In this document: piece by piece, positions 8,186 to 17,625 of the stretch | Numbering within the stretch: position 1 is the first letter of the stretch | How the letters are laid out: each line of letters begins with the position of its first letter | Sequence record: OR594180 | DNA from: Escherichia phage vB_EcoM_SHAK7693 | Length of the DNA: 45,233 nucleotides | Reading direction: 5' to 3' (one strand) | Translations under genes and position numbers: made by a program | Notes under the pieces: model-generated | The model's database searches: none | Told to the model about the DNA's origin: nothing | The model's input: the letters and a program-made list of their open reading frames with translations, nothing else

Positions 8186-8557
8186 ATGGTTGATGTAATT
8201 AAACGTCGTATTACCGGTGTTTCTGATGAAGACTCTGACGGTCAGGTTGAAATCGACATGGCAAACATCTCTCCAGCGTCTTTTTCTACCGCACCGAGCG
8301 CCACCACAGCAGTTACAGCCGGGCAGACTATGACACTGACCGTAGTTGTTACTGGTGGTCTGGAGCCGTATTCCTACCAGTGGTACAAGAACAACAACGC
8401 TATCGCCGGGGCAAACGCGGCTTCCTATGCGAAGGCGTCCACCACTACCGCCGATTCAGGTACGTATAAAGTGGTTGTTCACGACGTGTATGGTAATATT
8501 ATCTCCAGCAGCACTAAAGTAACCGTGTCTCAATACAATGGCCCTTCGGGGCCGTAA
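8186..8557 (+). CDS. Ig-like domain protein (putative capsid decoration)
   Basis: YSYQWYKNN...SGTYKVVVHD Ig-like signature. Confidence 0.5.
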   Translation: MVDVIKRRITGVSDEDSDGQVEIDMANISPASFSTAPSATTAVTAGQTMTLTVVVTGGLEPYSYQWYKNNNAIAGANAASYAKASTTTADSGTYKVVVHDVYGNIISSSTKVTVSQYNGPSGP

Positions 8558-8569
8558 TAAGGAAAGGTC

Positions 8570-8749
8570 ATGACAGATAATTATGTAATCCGTGAAAAGT
8601 ACACCCACGTCGATATTGTCGATGGCCAGGTAATGCCCGTCCGCGGTGTTGTGGAAGCGGATGCGCTGGTTGCAGCACAACCGGACAACGAAGAAGCGCA
8701 CAACAACGGCGGTGGCACTAAGCGTCGTCGCCGTAAGTCAGAGGAATAA
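8570..8749 (+). CDS. hypothetical small protein (59 aa)
   Basis: RBS GGAAAGG; fills gap; basic C-terminus; below 60-aa track cutoff. Confidence 0.4.
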   Translation: MTDNYVIREKYTHVDIVDGQVMPVRGVVEADALVAAQPDNEEAHNNGGGTKRRRRKSEE

Positions 8750-8752
8750 TTT

Positions 8753-9265
8753 ATGCCGCTAATCGTGGAAACGGGGGCAATCGTCCCGAATGCCGACAGT
8801 TACATTAGTCTGGCTGACGCCCGCGCGTTAGCGGCTAATTATGGTCTTGAGTTACCCGCTGACGATACTGCCGCCGAAGTAGCCTTGCGCAACGGCGCTA
8901 CTTATGTCGGGCTCGCAGAACCGCAGATGTGCGGTAGACGTGTATCCGCTGAACAGTCGCTGGCGTACCCGCGTACAGGAACAACACTAAACGGCTTCAC
9001 CGTAGCTGATAATGTTATTCCGTCGCAGTTAATCCGTGCGCAAGTAATCGCCGCGGTTACATATGGCGCAGGCACTGATGTTCGGGCTAACTCCGATGGA
9101 CGTTCCGTGCAGACTGAGCGTGTAGAGGGTGCGGTAACAGTGACCTACTTCAACAACGGCAGCAGTGGTGCTACGACCGCGATTACCGCTGCGGACGACG
9201 CCTTACGCCCGTTACTGTGCGGTGGTCTTAACAATGGCTTCTCGTTTAATGTGTACCGGGGTTAA
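8753..9265 (+). CDS. putative head-tail connector/adaptor
   Basis: Position between head and tail genes. Confidence 0.4.
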   Translation: MPLIVETGAIVPNADSYISLADARALAANYGLELPADDTAAEVALRNGATYVGLAEPQMCGRRVSAEQSLAYPRTGTTLNGFTVADNVIPSQLIRAQVIAAVTYGAGTDVRANSDGRSVQTERVEGAVTVTYFNNGSSGATTAITAADDALRPLLCGGLNNGFSFNVYRG

Positions 9266-9267
9266 AA

Positions 9268-9882
9268 ATGGCGAAGACTAAATCTGAGATATTTACCCTT
9301 ATAGGGCAGGAGTTACCCGACAACACGACGGGGCTTATCACTCCGGCCAAGCTGCGCGGTGTTCTTACGCAGATGGCTGACTCACCTATTTACGCCACTC
9401 CTGGCGTTAAAGAGGTTGAAGTTCTCCGTGCCGCGTCTACCGTAACACAAGCGCCTACCGCGGTAGATACGGCATTGCAGTTAACTTTCGGTCCCGCGCA
9501 GGGTAGCACATCTGACCCGGTAATGATTAATGCAGCGGGTCTGGTTACGTTCAACACTGCAGGCAACTACGCCGTTCGCATCAAGTTACAGGCGGGGCGC
9601 ACTGGAGCGAGCGGGACGTCCGTCCTGTTATCGCGCATTCTTCTTAACGGCGCACAGTACGGCTCGCCAGCAGCTACTAAACTGGTAAGTGCTGATACTA
9701 CAATCCCGATTGAATCTCGCGTCGTTATTAACACAACCGCAGGCCAGACGTTTGCTGTTCAGATTATGCGGGATAGTGCCAGGACCAACTTCGGCGGCGT
9801 ATATCCGCAAGTTGCTACCGTAACCGCATGGGGTACAGCACCATCCGCATTACTGGTTATTTCGAGACTGGAGGCCGCCTGA
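9268..9882 (+). CDS. structural protein (putative neck/head-tail joining)
   Basis: Position in head-tail joining block. Confidence 0.4.
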   Translation: MAKTKSEIFTLIGQELPDNTTGLITPAKLRGVLTQMADSPIYATPGVKEVEVLRAASTVTQAPTAVDTALQLTFGPAQGSTSDPVMINAAGLVTFNTAGNYAVRIKLQAGRTGASGTSVLLSRILLNGAQYGSPAATKLVSADTTIPIESRVVINTTAGQTFAVQIMRDSARTNFGGVYPQVATVTAWGTAPSALLVISRLEAA

Positions 9883-9976
9883 TGAATAAGTTCACATGTG
9901 GTGTAGTTTTTGGTTTTCTTACCGCGGTAGTCTTGCACAGTTACAGTGTTCTTTTGACGCTGCAAGAGGTGCTAAA

Positions 9977-10336
9977 ATGAGCACCGCTTTCAGTAAACGT
10001 ATGCAAGGCGTCGGTACACGCCTGCTAACCAAATTCGGTAGCACGGTATCTCTTGTTCGCGCTGGCTCGAAAGTGTGGGATGAAGTTCTCGGTGAGTATG
10101 TCCGGTCCGCGAATGAAGTGCTGCCGTTGAAAGCTGTTCCGGTTCCTGTTAACGCAGGACTGGTAAACGGTACGACGATTCAGGCTGGCGACATGATTGT
10201 TAAAGCGGATTGCAGTGTTGTACCGAAGATGGAAGACAAGGTGCAATTCGGCGGCGAGCAATGGTCTGTCGTAGCCATTGAGAAGAAGATGGTTAACGAT
10301 GATGTCGTGGCATACTTTATCCAGGTGAGAAAATGA
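9977..10336 (+). CDS. putative head closure / neck protein
   Basis: RBS GAGGTG before ATG 9977; track start 9896 lacks RBS. Confidence 0.4.
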   Translation: MSTAFSKRMQGVGTRLLTKFGSTVSLVRAGSKVWDEVLGEYVRSANEVLPLKAVPVPVNAGLVNGTTIQAGDMIVKADCSVVPKMEDKVQFGGEQWSVVAIEKKMVNDDVVAYFIQVRK

Positions 10337-10728
10337 GTTTCGCGCTTGATGTCTCTAAGTTCGTGGAAAAGGCGAAGAAGAACCCAGAGAAGGTGATGCG
10401 TCAGGTGTCTATCAAGCTGTTTTCCGCTATTATAAAGGCGAGTCCGGTAGATACAGGCCGATTTCGTATGAACTGGATGGCATCTGGCGGTACTCCTGCT
10501 TCCGGGATTACGGACGCTACGGATAAATCAGGAAACATAGCAATCGGAAACGCTACAGGTTTCGTACTGAAAGCCACCGACTGGCGCGAGTTCACGCTGA
10601 CAAATAATCTGCCGTATGCACAACGACTGGAGTATGGTTGGTCACAGCAAGCGCCCGCCGGGATGGTCAGGACTAACGTGTCTCGCTTCCAGCAACTCAT
10701 TAATGAAGAAGCCAACAAGGTGAAATAA
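10333..10728 (+). CDS. tail completion protein (HK97 gp10-like)
   Basis: DTGRFRMNW motif. Confidence 0.55.
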   Translation: MSFALDVSKFVEKAKKNPEKVMRQVSIKLFSAIIKASPVDTGRFRMNWMASGGTPASGITDATDKSGNIAIGNATGFVLKATDWREFTLTNNLPYAQRLEYGWSQQAPAGMVRTNVSRFQQLINEEANKVK

Positions 10729-11141
10729 TGGGCTACTTTGAGGACTTAACCAAAGCGTTTGATGTGCCGTTGGTAGCCTTCGGGAACGCAAACGGCATCA
10801 AGGTTGCGCTTGAAAACATCGACGCGCCGACGTCAACAGATACGCCGTATCTGGCGAGTTACATGTTGCTGGCGGATACGGAACAGGCGGATTTGTTCTT
10901 CACCGAGCAACGCTCTGGTATCTATCAGGTCGACATTAACTACGCATCGGCGAAAGGTAGCGCGCCAATCAATAAAATGGCAGACTTACTTAACACGGCG
11001 TTTAAAGCAGGCAAGTCATTTTCACGTAACGACATCTGCGCCGAGGTTCAATCGGTTAGCCTGGGGCCGCTGATTGTAGAAAACGGATGGGCCAAAAGAC
11101 CATTGTCAATTAACTTTATTGCATTCACCAAGAGGCTGTGA
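10728..11141 (+). CDS. putative tail terminator protein
   Basis: Position immediately before major tail protein. Confidence 0.4.
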   Translation: MGYFEDLTKAFDVPLVAFGNANGIKVALENIDAPTSTDTPYLASYMLLADTEQADLFFTEQRSGIYQVDINYASAKGSAPINKMADLLNTAFKAGKSFSRNDICAEVQSVSLGPLIVENGWAKRPLSINFIAFTKRL

Positions 11142-11143
11142 AT

Positions 11144-12310
11144 ATGGCTACAACTCCTTTTAAGGGCGCGACTACCGCGCAATTCTATGTGGCGGAAGTC
11201 ACCCCGGGCGTAACACCGACTAACCCGGTATGGTCGCCGTTGCGTAACACAGGTGGCGTTCCTGCTATTACCCGTGACACGCTGACCTCCAACGAACTGG
11301 ACGGCAGCCGTGAAACTACATCCATCCGAACCGGTAACAAACAGGTTAGCGGTGAATACGCGGTCGAGCTTAGCTCTAAAAGCCAGGACGACTGGCTGGC
11401 GGGTGCTTTAGGCTCTACGTGGCAATCCGGTGTTTCTCTGTCCGGGCTGTCTATTACCGTCGCCCCGGCGGGAAAGACGTTCACCCGTGCTGATGGCAGC
11501 TTTATTACCGACGGCGTTGAAGTGGGCGACCTGATTGCGTTTACCGACTTAACAGGTGATAACGCCAAACCGTTTATCGTAACCGAGGTAAGTGCGACTG
11601 TTGTCACCGGTGCTGGTATCCAACATACGCTGACCACCGAGACCGCCACTACTGCGGCTAAAACTGGCGATAAGCTGGAAACCGGTAGCCAGTGTAAGAC
11701 GTTCTCTATTCTCACATGGTACAAAGGCCAGTGTGGTGGGGCTGACGCGTACACGCTGACCAAAGGCGTGGAAGTTTCTGGCTTCACTATTGAGCAGGCC
11801 GTTAACGCTATGGTAACTGGCAGCTTCCCGTTCATCGGTCGCAGTCAGGAGATTCTCACCACGCAGCCGTCTGGTTCTGATTTCTCTACGGTGACTTTCA
11901 CTGATGAGCCGTTCTCTTCGGTTGACGTTTCTGTGTTCGATGGCTCTACGCCGTTGCGTTGTGATAGCCTTACCATCACCAACGACAACAGCGCGTCCGC
12001 GCAGTTCGAACTCGGCAATACTAATGTGGCGTTTGTGGAGCGTAGCCGCGCGGCTAACACCTTCTCCATCTCCGGCAAGCTGTACGACATGGCTATGATT
12101 CAGAAGTTTATCAACGAACAACAGGTAGAGATTAACTCTATTCTGGCGGGGGTAAACGGGGCTATGTCTTTCAGTCTGAAACGTGCAGAACTCACGGCGG
12201 TTACGCCAGAGATTGGCGGGCCTGAGTCAATCACTCAGTCCATTGAAGGCCAGGCAACCGGCAATCAGTACCAGTCGTCTATTGTTATCCAGCGTATCAC
12301 CTACGCATAA
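11144..12310 (+). CDS. major tail protein
   Basis: 390 aa Thr/Ser/Gly-rich; RBS AGAGG; followed by terminator and then chaperone-frameshift pair. Confidence 0.65.
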   Translation: MATTPFKGATTAQFYVAEVTPGVTPTNPVWSPLRNTGGVPAITRDTLTSNELDGSRETTSIRTGNKQVSGEYAVELSSKSQDDWLAGALGSTWQSGVSLSGLSITVAPAGKTFTRADGSFITDGVEVGDLIAFTDLTGDNAKPFIVTEVSATVVTGAGIQHTLTTETATTAAKTGDKLETGSQCKTFSILTWYKGQCGGADAYTLTKGVEVSGFTIEQAVNAMVTGSFPFIGRSQEILTTQPSGSDFSTVTFTDEPFSSVDVSVFDGSTPLRCDSLTITNDNSASAQFELGNTNVAFVERSRAANTFSISGKLYDMAMIQKFINEQQVEINSILAGVNGAMSFSLKRAELTAVTPEIGGPESITQSIEGQATGNQYQSSIVIQRITYA

Positions 12311-12314
12311 AACT

Positions 12315-12340
12315 AAGGCCCCTTTCGGGGCCTTTTCTTA
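12315..12340. terminator. bidirectional rho-independent terminator
   Basis: GGCCCC-TTTC-GGGGCC then TTTTCTTA. Confidence 0.55.
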
Positions 12341-12499
12341 CTCACTTTTGAATGGCATTTCATGGAAGTTAGTTAACTGACCTCGGTTACTACGTTCTGT
12401 CATTTCTTTCGAGGCCTCTTCCTTACTACCAACAGCATAAATATCAACCCACTCATCCCATTCTTCGTCATATACGCGGATTACGTATATTGTTTTCAT
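12338..12499 (-). CDS. hypothetical small protein (53 aa)
   Basis: Hand-translated; last gene of antisense island. Confidence 0.3.
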   Translation of the reverse strand: MKTIYVIRVYDEEWDEWVDIYAVGSKEEASKEMTERSNRGQLTNFHEMPFKSE

Positions 12500-12506
12500 A
12501 ATATTT

Positions 12507-12737
12507 TCACTCATCAATGTTACTCCGGTACTCCCGTAACTTCTCCAGACTTTCTATTGCTTCTGCTAAGTCGGTTCCTGTGTCTTTGTGTCCGCGAAGG
12601 CCCATACACAACAGCTTCTTCAATGCGTGCTGTAGCGCCGGGTCCCGGATATCGAAGGCGCGGAGCACATCATAAACATCTACTGTCATAGTGCTGCCGT
12701 GGGTATTTGTCATTGTGCGGTTGTATTTATTTGTCAC
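12507..12737 (-). CDS. hypothetical protein (76 aa)
   Basis: ORF in antisense island. Confidence 0.45.
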   Translation of the reverse strand: MTNKYNRTMTNTHGSTMTVDVYDVLRAFDIRDPALQHALKKLLCMGLRGHKDTGTDLAEAIESLEKLREYRSNIDE

Positions 12738-12927
12738 TGTTAACTCTCTTAAATCGGGCTATGCCTGACTCGTTAATGCTGCCTATTTCAAAGAAGCTGC
12801 GATATTTAGGCGAATACATTCTTACGTCGCCGTTCTCTAGGGTGACCCCTTCATATACAGCGCCTACTTCGAATCCATTTTTCTCCGCGTACGGACTCAC
12901 ATCGGTGCATTCATACATATCTTTCAT
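12727..12927 (-). CDS. hypothetical protein (66 aa)
   Basis: ORF in antisense island, overlaps neighbours by a few codons. Confidence 0.45.
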   Translation of the reverse strand: MKDMYECTDVSPYAEKNGFEVGAVYEGVTLENGDVRMYSPKYRSFFEIGSINESGIARFKRVNSDK

Positions 12928-14054
12928 CCCAGCATCTCCGGTGAAATAGTTAAACGTGCGACCTCGCCATATTCGGCACTATAGGTAATTACATTTGCGC
13001 TACGGCCTGACATCCATCCACCGCGCGAGGCGTAGGCGTCTTTAGCCGCCAGGGTGCGGTGTTGCTCAACAATCATGTTACGGCTTTCCACAATCTTCTG
13101 ATGGTGGAGGTGGCCTACGTGGGCGTAGCTGTAAACGCTTTCGCCAAATGCTTTGCGGAACTTGGCAATCATAACCGGTTCGATAGCGTCGAATCGTGCC
13201 TTATGCCCGTGGTGAAAGAACAGCGTCGTTTTGCCGTGTTGCACCATCTTGTAAACATCTGGCGACGTATCGACGAACACACGAGGCTCATTGTCGTACA
13301 GCGTACTAAACATCTCAGCTAACCAAATCATTCCGCTTTCGTCGTGGTTTCCTTGCACGATAAGCAAGCGAACATTTTTATGCTTAACCAGCGCCATATC
13401 GACAACACGGCGGACCATACGAATCATGTAGCGGACAAGTTTCTGATAGCGAGTGTCCGCATCAAGGGCGTGACCGCTTGCAGGCGTAACGGCAACCAGA
13501 CTGTCGAAGTGCGCGAAGTCGCCCAGCAGGTTAATAACTCCAGTTCCTGCATCCGGCGCTTTCTGGAACGCCGCATCGAACCAGCGAGAAAACAGGTCTT
13601 CCGCAATCTTCATATCCCAGTCGTCGCCACTCTCGTCGGCCCAGGCCAGCATACCAAGATGGAAATCAGATACAGTGTAAAGATTGAGTAGTTTATCGTC
13701 ACGTTTGGTGCGAACGGCTTTAACTGGTACAACGGGAGTAATCTCCGACTTCATGCCTTCGATTACGGCTTTCATCAACTCGACCTGACGTTCAGCGTCA
13801 GTGTCTGTCTTAACCCATTGCAACTTAGTGTTGCCGAACTCGTCCACAAGCGACGACGTTCCTTTAATCTTGTAGCCGTCCGGGACAAGATGGCTAACGT
13901 CACGACCGTGACCTACGCCTTTCTTCGCCAGCTTCGCTTTACGGATACGAATAACGCGGTCTGAGATGCCGTATTTACGGGCGATGTCTACATTCTTCAT
14001 CCCGGCGTTCAATTCTTCCTGTAACTGTTCGTCGGTTATTTTCTTCTGGGCCAT
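12924..14054 (-). CDS. calcineurin-like metallophosphoesterase with N-terminal HTH
   Basis: Motifs DFH, GDFAH, GNHD, HHGH, GHLHH; N-terminal ~50 aa HTH-like (DIARKYGISDRVIRIR). Confidence 0.7.
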   Translation of the reverse strand: MAQKKITDEQLQEELNAGMKNVDIARKYGISDRVIRIRKAKLAKKGVGHGRDVSHLVPDGYKIKGTSSLVDEFGNTKLQWVKTDTDAERQVELMKAVIEGMKSEITPVVPVKAVRTKRDDKLLNLYTVSDFHLGMLAWADESGDDWDMKIAEDLFSRWFDAAFQKAPDAGTGVINLLGDFAHFDSLVAVTPASGHALDADTRYQKLVRYMIRMVRRVVDMALVKHKNVRLLIVQGNHDESGMIWLAEMFSTLYDNEPRVFVDTSPDVYKMVQHGKTTLFFHHGHKARFDAIEPVMIAKFRKAFGESVYSYAHVGHLHHQKIVESRNMIVEQHRTLAAKDAYASRGGWMSGRSANVITYSAEYGEVARLTISPEMLG

Positions 14055-14092
14055 GCTTACTTCCTCGTGTTTAGGATTTGTCCTATACTAGC

Positions 14093-14284
14093 TCACTTCT
14101 CTTTGACATTCGAGTTACAAGCCCAGATTAAAATAAATACCCACGGCAACAGAATCCAGCCAAGAAACAGGTTCGCCATGAATATCGCCAACTTCGCTTT
14201 ATGGTTGCGCATATGGGCTACTAAAAACGGGATAAAATAAACTAAAACGATAATGATTAAGAAGAACATAGTAATACCTGTCAT
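14093..14284 (-). CDS. small membrane protein (63 aa, two predicted TM helices)
   Basis: Internal ATG with RBS AGGAG; hydrophobic segments; first gene after class-A promoter. Confidence 0.5.
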   Translation of the reverse strand: MTGITMFFLIIIVLVYFIPFLVAHMRNHKAKLAIFMANLFLGWILLPWVFILIWACNSNVKEK

Positions 14285-14325
14285 GGTGTAGCTCCTGTTT
14301 GAGTTAACATTGTTGGTGTAAGTGA

Positions 14326-14354
14326 ATAGTATCCTATTATGTTGGGGTGCGCAA
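14326..14354 (-). promoter_or_regulatory. class-A promoter (TTGCGC-N17-TACTATTCA) for antisense island
   Basis: Conserved element upstream of island. Confidence 0.5.
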
Positions 14355-14462
14355 GTAATGTGATAGAATAATTTTGCGCCTAGTGTCGCACACGAAAAGC
14401 GGGTGGTTCCCGTCTGGCGCATTTACCATTAACCTGTAACCTCTTAACCAAAGGATTAAAGA

Positions 14463-14879
14463 ATGAAACTTTCTGATTTTTATTACGAAGCTGAGGCAGA
14501 AAAAGGCGCCCGTATGCCGATACCACTGAAAGACGGCACCGATTCAGGGGAGTGGCTGAACGTTGTTTCACCGGAGGCAGACGTTGCCGTTAAAGCTATG
14601 AGGGCGTTTACACTTGCGTACCGCGCGGCATTAGGTAAATTGAAACCGCTTCGCGATAAATGCGAGGAACTGAAAGATTTCTCGGAATACAACCTGAAGA
14701 TGGAAGACGCGGCCACGGACCTTAACCGACAGTTAGCAATTGAATTGGTTAACGGGTGGAGCCTGGACGACGAATTCAATAAAGAGAATCTGAACACACT
14801 CCTGACGCAATATAAACGACTCGCGGAACTTGTTGTTGTGTTTCATAACGAACAACTGCGCCAGTTACAGGAAAAGTAG
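14463..14879 (+). CDS. tail assembly chaperone (G-like)
   Basis: Acidic 138 aa protein immediately before tape measure with overlapping -1 frame ORF. Confidence 0.6.
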   Translation: MKLSDFYYEAEAEKGARMPIPLKDGTDSGEWLNVVSPEADVAVKAMRAFTLAYRAALGKLKPLRDKCEELKDFSEYNLKMEDAATDLNRQLAIELVNGWSLDDEFNKENLNTLLTQYKRLAELVVVFHNEQLRQLQEK

Positions 14880-15244
14880 ACGCGTTGCTCCAGTTCGCCC
14901 GTTGGAACTTCATAACCCGCCACAAACGGCGGGAATTTGACAGTATCGCCGACGGGCATAAAGCCGCGCTAATTGCTATGGGGGTTATGCAAGACGCGCC
15001 GGAAGCAACGCAGGACACCGGGCCGGAATGTCCCCCTGAGCTATTAACCACCTTCGAGAAGTACCGGGAAATCAAATTTACCCGCCGAGTGGATGCCGAC
15101 GGCATCAAGATGTACCCGCGCGAACAGTTACGATGGTCGGATTTAGTGGCATACAGCACCGTTTCAGGCCAGAATATAGGCATGTTTGAATCTGACATCA
15201 TCATGAGCTTAGACGCTATTTTCGAGGGTAGAAACGATGGCTGA
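14849..15244 (+). CDS. tail chaperone -1 frameshift extension (T-like part)
   Basis: -1 frame open from 14849; ends overlapping tape measure start; candidate slip site GGAAAAG at 14870-14876. Confidence 0.45.
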   Translation, partial: RTTAPVTGKVDALLQFARWNFITRHKRREFDSIADGHKAALIAMGVMQDAPEATQDTGPECPPELLTTFEKYREIKFTRRVDADGIKMYPREQLRWSDLVAYSTVSGQNIGMFESDIIMSLDAIFEGRNDG

Positions 15245-17576
15245 TGTAGCTAGTTTAGTTGTAAAAGTATCAGAGCAAGGCGCGAAAGCTACATCAGACC
15301 GTCTTGACAACCTTTCAAAGTCCGCAAAAGTAGCGGGGGCCGCTGTAGCAGGCCTTGCTTCTATCGTAGCGGCTACCGCATATAAAGCCGCGCAAGAACT
15401 GGTTGACTCACAGCGGCAACTGGACAAGATGTCCGCTAGTTTGAAGACCTTAACCGGAAGTACCCAGGGCGCTAAACAGGCGCTTAGTATCCTGCAAGAT
15501 TTTGCGCGCGACACACCATACGGGCTTGAGCAGGCGGTGGAAGGCTTCCGTAAGCTGGTGGCTCTGGGCCTTACCCCATCCGAGGAGGCGTTGCGGTCCT
15601 ACGGCAATACCGCATCGGCTATGGGTAAGGACCTTAATCAGATGATTGAGGCGGTAGCCGACGCCAGTACGTTCGAGTTCGAACGCCTCAAAGAATTCGG
15701 CATCAAAGCCAAGCAGAACAAAAACGACGTAGAGTTTACGTTCCAGGGAACGACAACGGTAGTTAAGAAAAGCGCTGCCGATATTGAGCAGTATTTACTC
15801 AATATTGGTAACGTAAATTTTGCAGGGGCTATGGCGGACCAAGCCAACACCCTTAATGGCGCTATCGCGAGTGCCAGTGACTCATGGTCGCAGCTAAAAA
15901 TGACGCTTGCCACCAGTCTTGATGTTGGCGCACTTGCTGAACCTATCAGGTATATCGATGACTTGATTCAGGAATTAAACGCGTCTGTTGCTTCCGGTGA
16001 ATTAGCCGCTGAAATGCAGATGTGGGGCGACATCGCGTCGGAAGTAGGAAGCGCTATCGAGATGTCATTCGACGCTGCGTTTGGCTTTGTTGGAGATGCC
16101 ATCAACGGGCTTAATGAACTGTGGGATTTCAGCAGCAAGAGTATTACGGATAGCGGAGAACAAACGGCTACTACCATCGCTGAATCCGCTGCCGATGCGC
16201 TTGACTTCATCGCGGAAGAGTTCACAGCGATGGAGAGATTCTTTGAAGATATGGTTAAAGGTGCGCAGGACGCGGGCCGTCTTGTACGAGCCGCTTTTAC
16301 CCCCGGGGAATCAGTAGACGTAGCTAAAAATATCAACTTCCAGCTTGGCATGGCTTTGGATACCCAGCGAGATGTCGCCGACGTTACGCGTAAAAGTTTC
16401 CGCGAACAGGTAGAAGCTCAACAGGATATTGTAGCGTTAAAACGCGCGGCGTATGACATCGATAAGGAATCCGCAAAAGCTGAGGGGTTAAACAAATTTA
16501 AGGTAACCGGAACTGGCGGCGGTTCTGATGATGACGGGTCTGCTGCAAAAGCCGCTAAGAAAGCAGCGGACGCGTTCGAGCGCCAGAAGAAAGCGGCGGA
16601 AGACTTCTACTATCAGTCAATCCATCTTAATGATGACGTATTTCAGAAAATAGAAGCTAACCAGGAAGAGCAACTATCTAAGTTGCAGGATTTCTATAGC
16701 AATAAGCTTCTTAGCGACCAGCAATACGAAAACGCCAAGACGCAGATTATGCTCTCTGCCGAACAGGCCCGCCAGGAAGAACTGGATAAACGCCAGAAAG
16801 AAGCCCTGGAAAAGCAGCAGAAAGGCGACGACTTCATGGCTCAGATTATGGGCCAGAACGCCACTGAGCTTGAGCTTCTCGATATTCAGGAACAGCAGAA
16901 ACTGGCGGTAGCGGATAAGTACCGGGAGCAGGGGCTGATTAGCGAGAAGCAGTATCAGGCCGCGCTTAACGCCATCAACGAGCAATACGCAACCAAGCGT
17001 GCCGACGCAACGGCAACCGCCTTCGGTAACATGGCCTCAAACATCGGGTCTGCGTTGGGTGAGGCTTCTGGCGCGTACAAGGCATTCGCTATCGTACAGG
17101 CCACCATAGCCACGTACACCGCCGCCATTGAAGCGTATAAGTCAACGGCTGCTATCCCGGTTGTTGGGCCGTTCCTCGCACCGGTAGCCGCTGCCGCTGC
17201 CGTTGGGGCAGGTATGGCGCAGGTTTCCGCTATCAGGTCTGCACGTGAACAGGGCGGTCAGTTATCCGCAGGGCAAGCATCTACCATCGCAGAACGAGGC
17301 AAACCTGAGGTCATCATGCCCGCTGGAGCATCGCGAGTGCGCACCGCGCAACAAATGAAAGAGATTATGGGGCAAAACGGAGGAAGTACCGGGCCCGCCA
17401 ATATCAGCATTATAAATAACACCAGCGCACAAATTGGCAACACCAGCGTTGAACAGGACGAAGAAGGCCGCCTACGTATCATCATCGAAGAACAGGTAGC
17501 CGCCTCTTTGCAGAATAGCAACAGCAAAATATCGAAAGCGAGGAAGGCTACAAGAAACGCACCGGGCTTTAAGTAG
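15237..17576 (+). CDS. tail tape measure protein
   Basis: 779 aa, Ala/Gln-rich coiled coil, follows chaperone pair. Confidence 0.85.
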   Translation: MADVASLVVKVSEQGAKATSDRLDNLSKSAKVAGAAVAGLASIVAATAYKAAQELVDSQRQLDKMSASLKTLTGSTQGAKQALSILQDFARDTPYGLEQAVEGFRKLVALGLTPSEEALRSYGNTASAMGKDLNQMIEAVADASTFEFERLKEFGIKAKQNKNDVEFTFQGTTTVVKKSAADIEQYLLNIGNVNFAGAMADQANTLNGAIASASDSWSQLKMTLATSLDVGALAEPIRYIDDLIQELNASVASGELAAEMQMWGDIASEVGSAIEMSFDAAFGFVGDAINGLNELWDFSSKSITDSGEQTATTIAESAADALDFIAEEFTAMERFFEDMVKGAQDAGRLVRAAFTPGESVDVAKNINFQLGMALDTQRDVADVTRKSFREQVEAQQDIVALKRAAYDIDKESAKAEGLNKFKVTGTGGGSDDDGSAAKAAKKAADAFERQKKAAEDFYYQSIHLNDDVFQKIEANQEEQLSKLQDFYSNKLLSDQQYENAKTQIMLSAEQARQEELDKRQKEALEKQQKGDDFMAQIMGQNATELELLDIQEQQKLAVADKYREQGLISEKQYQAALNAINEQYATKRADATATAFGNMASNIGSALGEASGAYKAFAIVQATIATYTAAIEAYKSTAAIPVVGPFLAPVAAAAAVGAGMAQVSAIRSAREQGGQLSAGQASTIAERGKPEVIMPAGASRVRTAQQMKEIMGQNGGSTGPANISIINNTSAQIGNTSVEQDEEGRLRIIIEEQVAASLQNSNSKISKARKATRNAPGFK

Positions 17577-17580
17577 TAAC

Positions 17581-17612
17581 AAAAAAAATAAGGCCCGAAA
17601 GGGCCTTATTTC
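17581..17612. terminator. bidirectional rho-independent terminator
   Basis: A8-TAAGGCCC-GAAA-GGGCCTTA-TTT. Confidence 0.6.
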
Positions 17613-17625
17613 TCCAGCCTCTGGG

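Noticed and set aside
11185-12121. Minus-strand ORFs of 216 and 190 aa inside the major tail protein gene
   Set aside because: Antisense to a confidently called structural gene; products lack recognisable motifs and have no translation signals.
15968-16351. 127-aa minus-strand ORF inside the tape measure gene
   Set aside because: Antisense to tape measure gene, no RBS, Ala/Ser-rich composition mirrors the sense strand.
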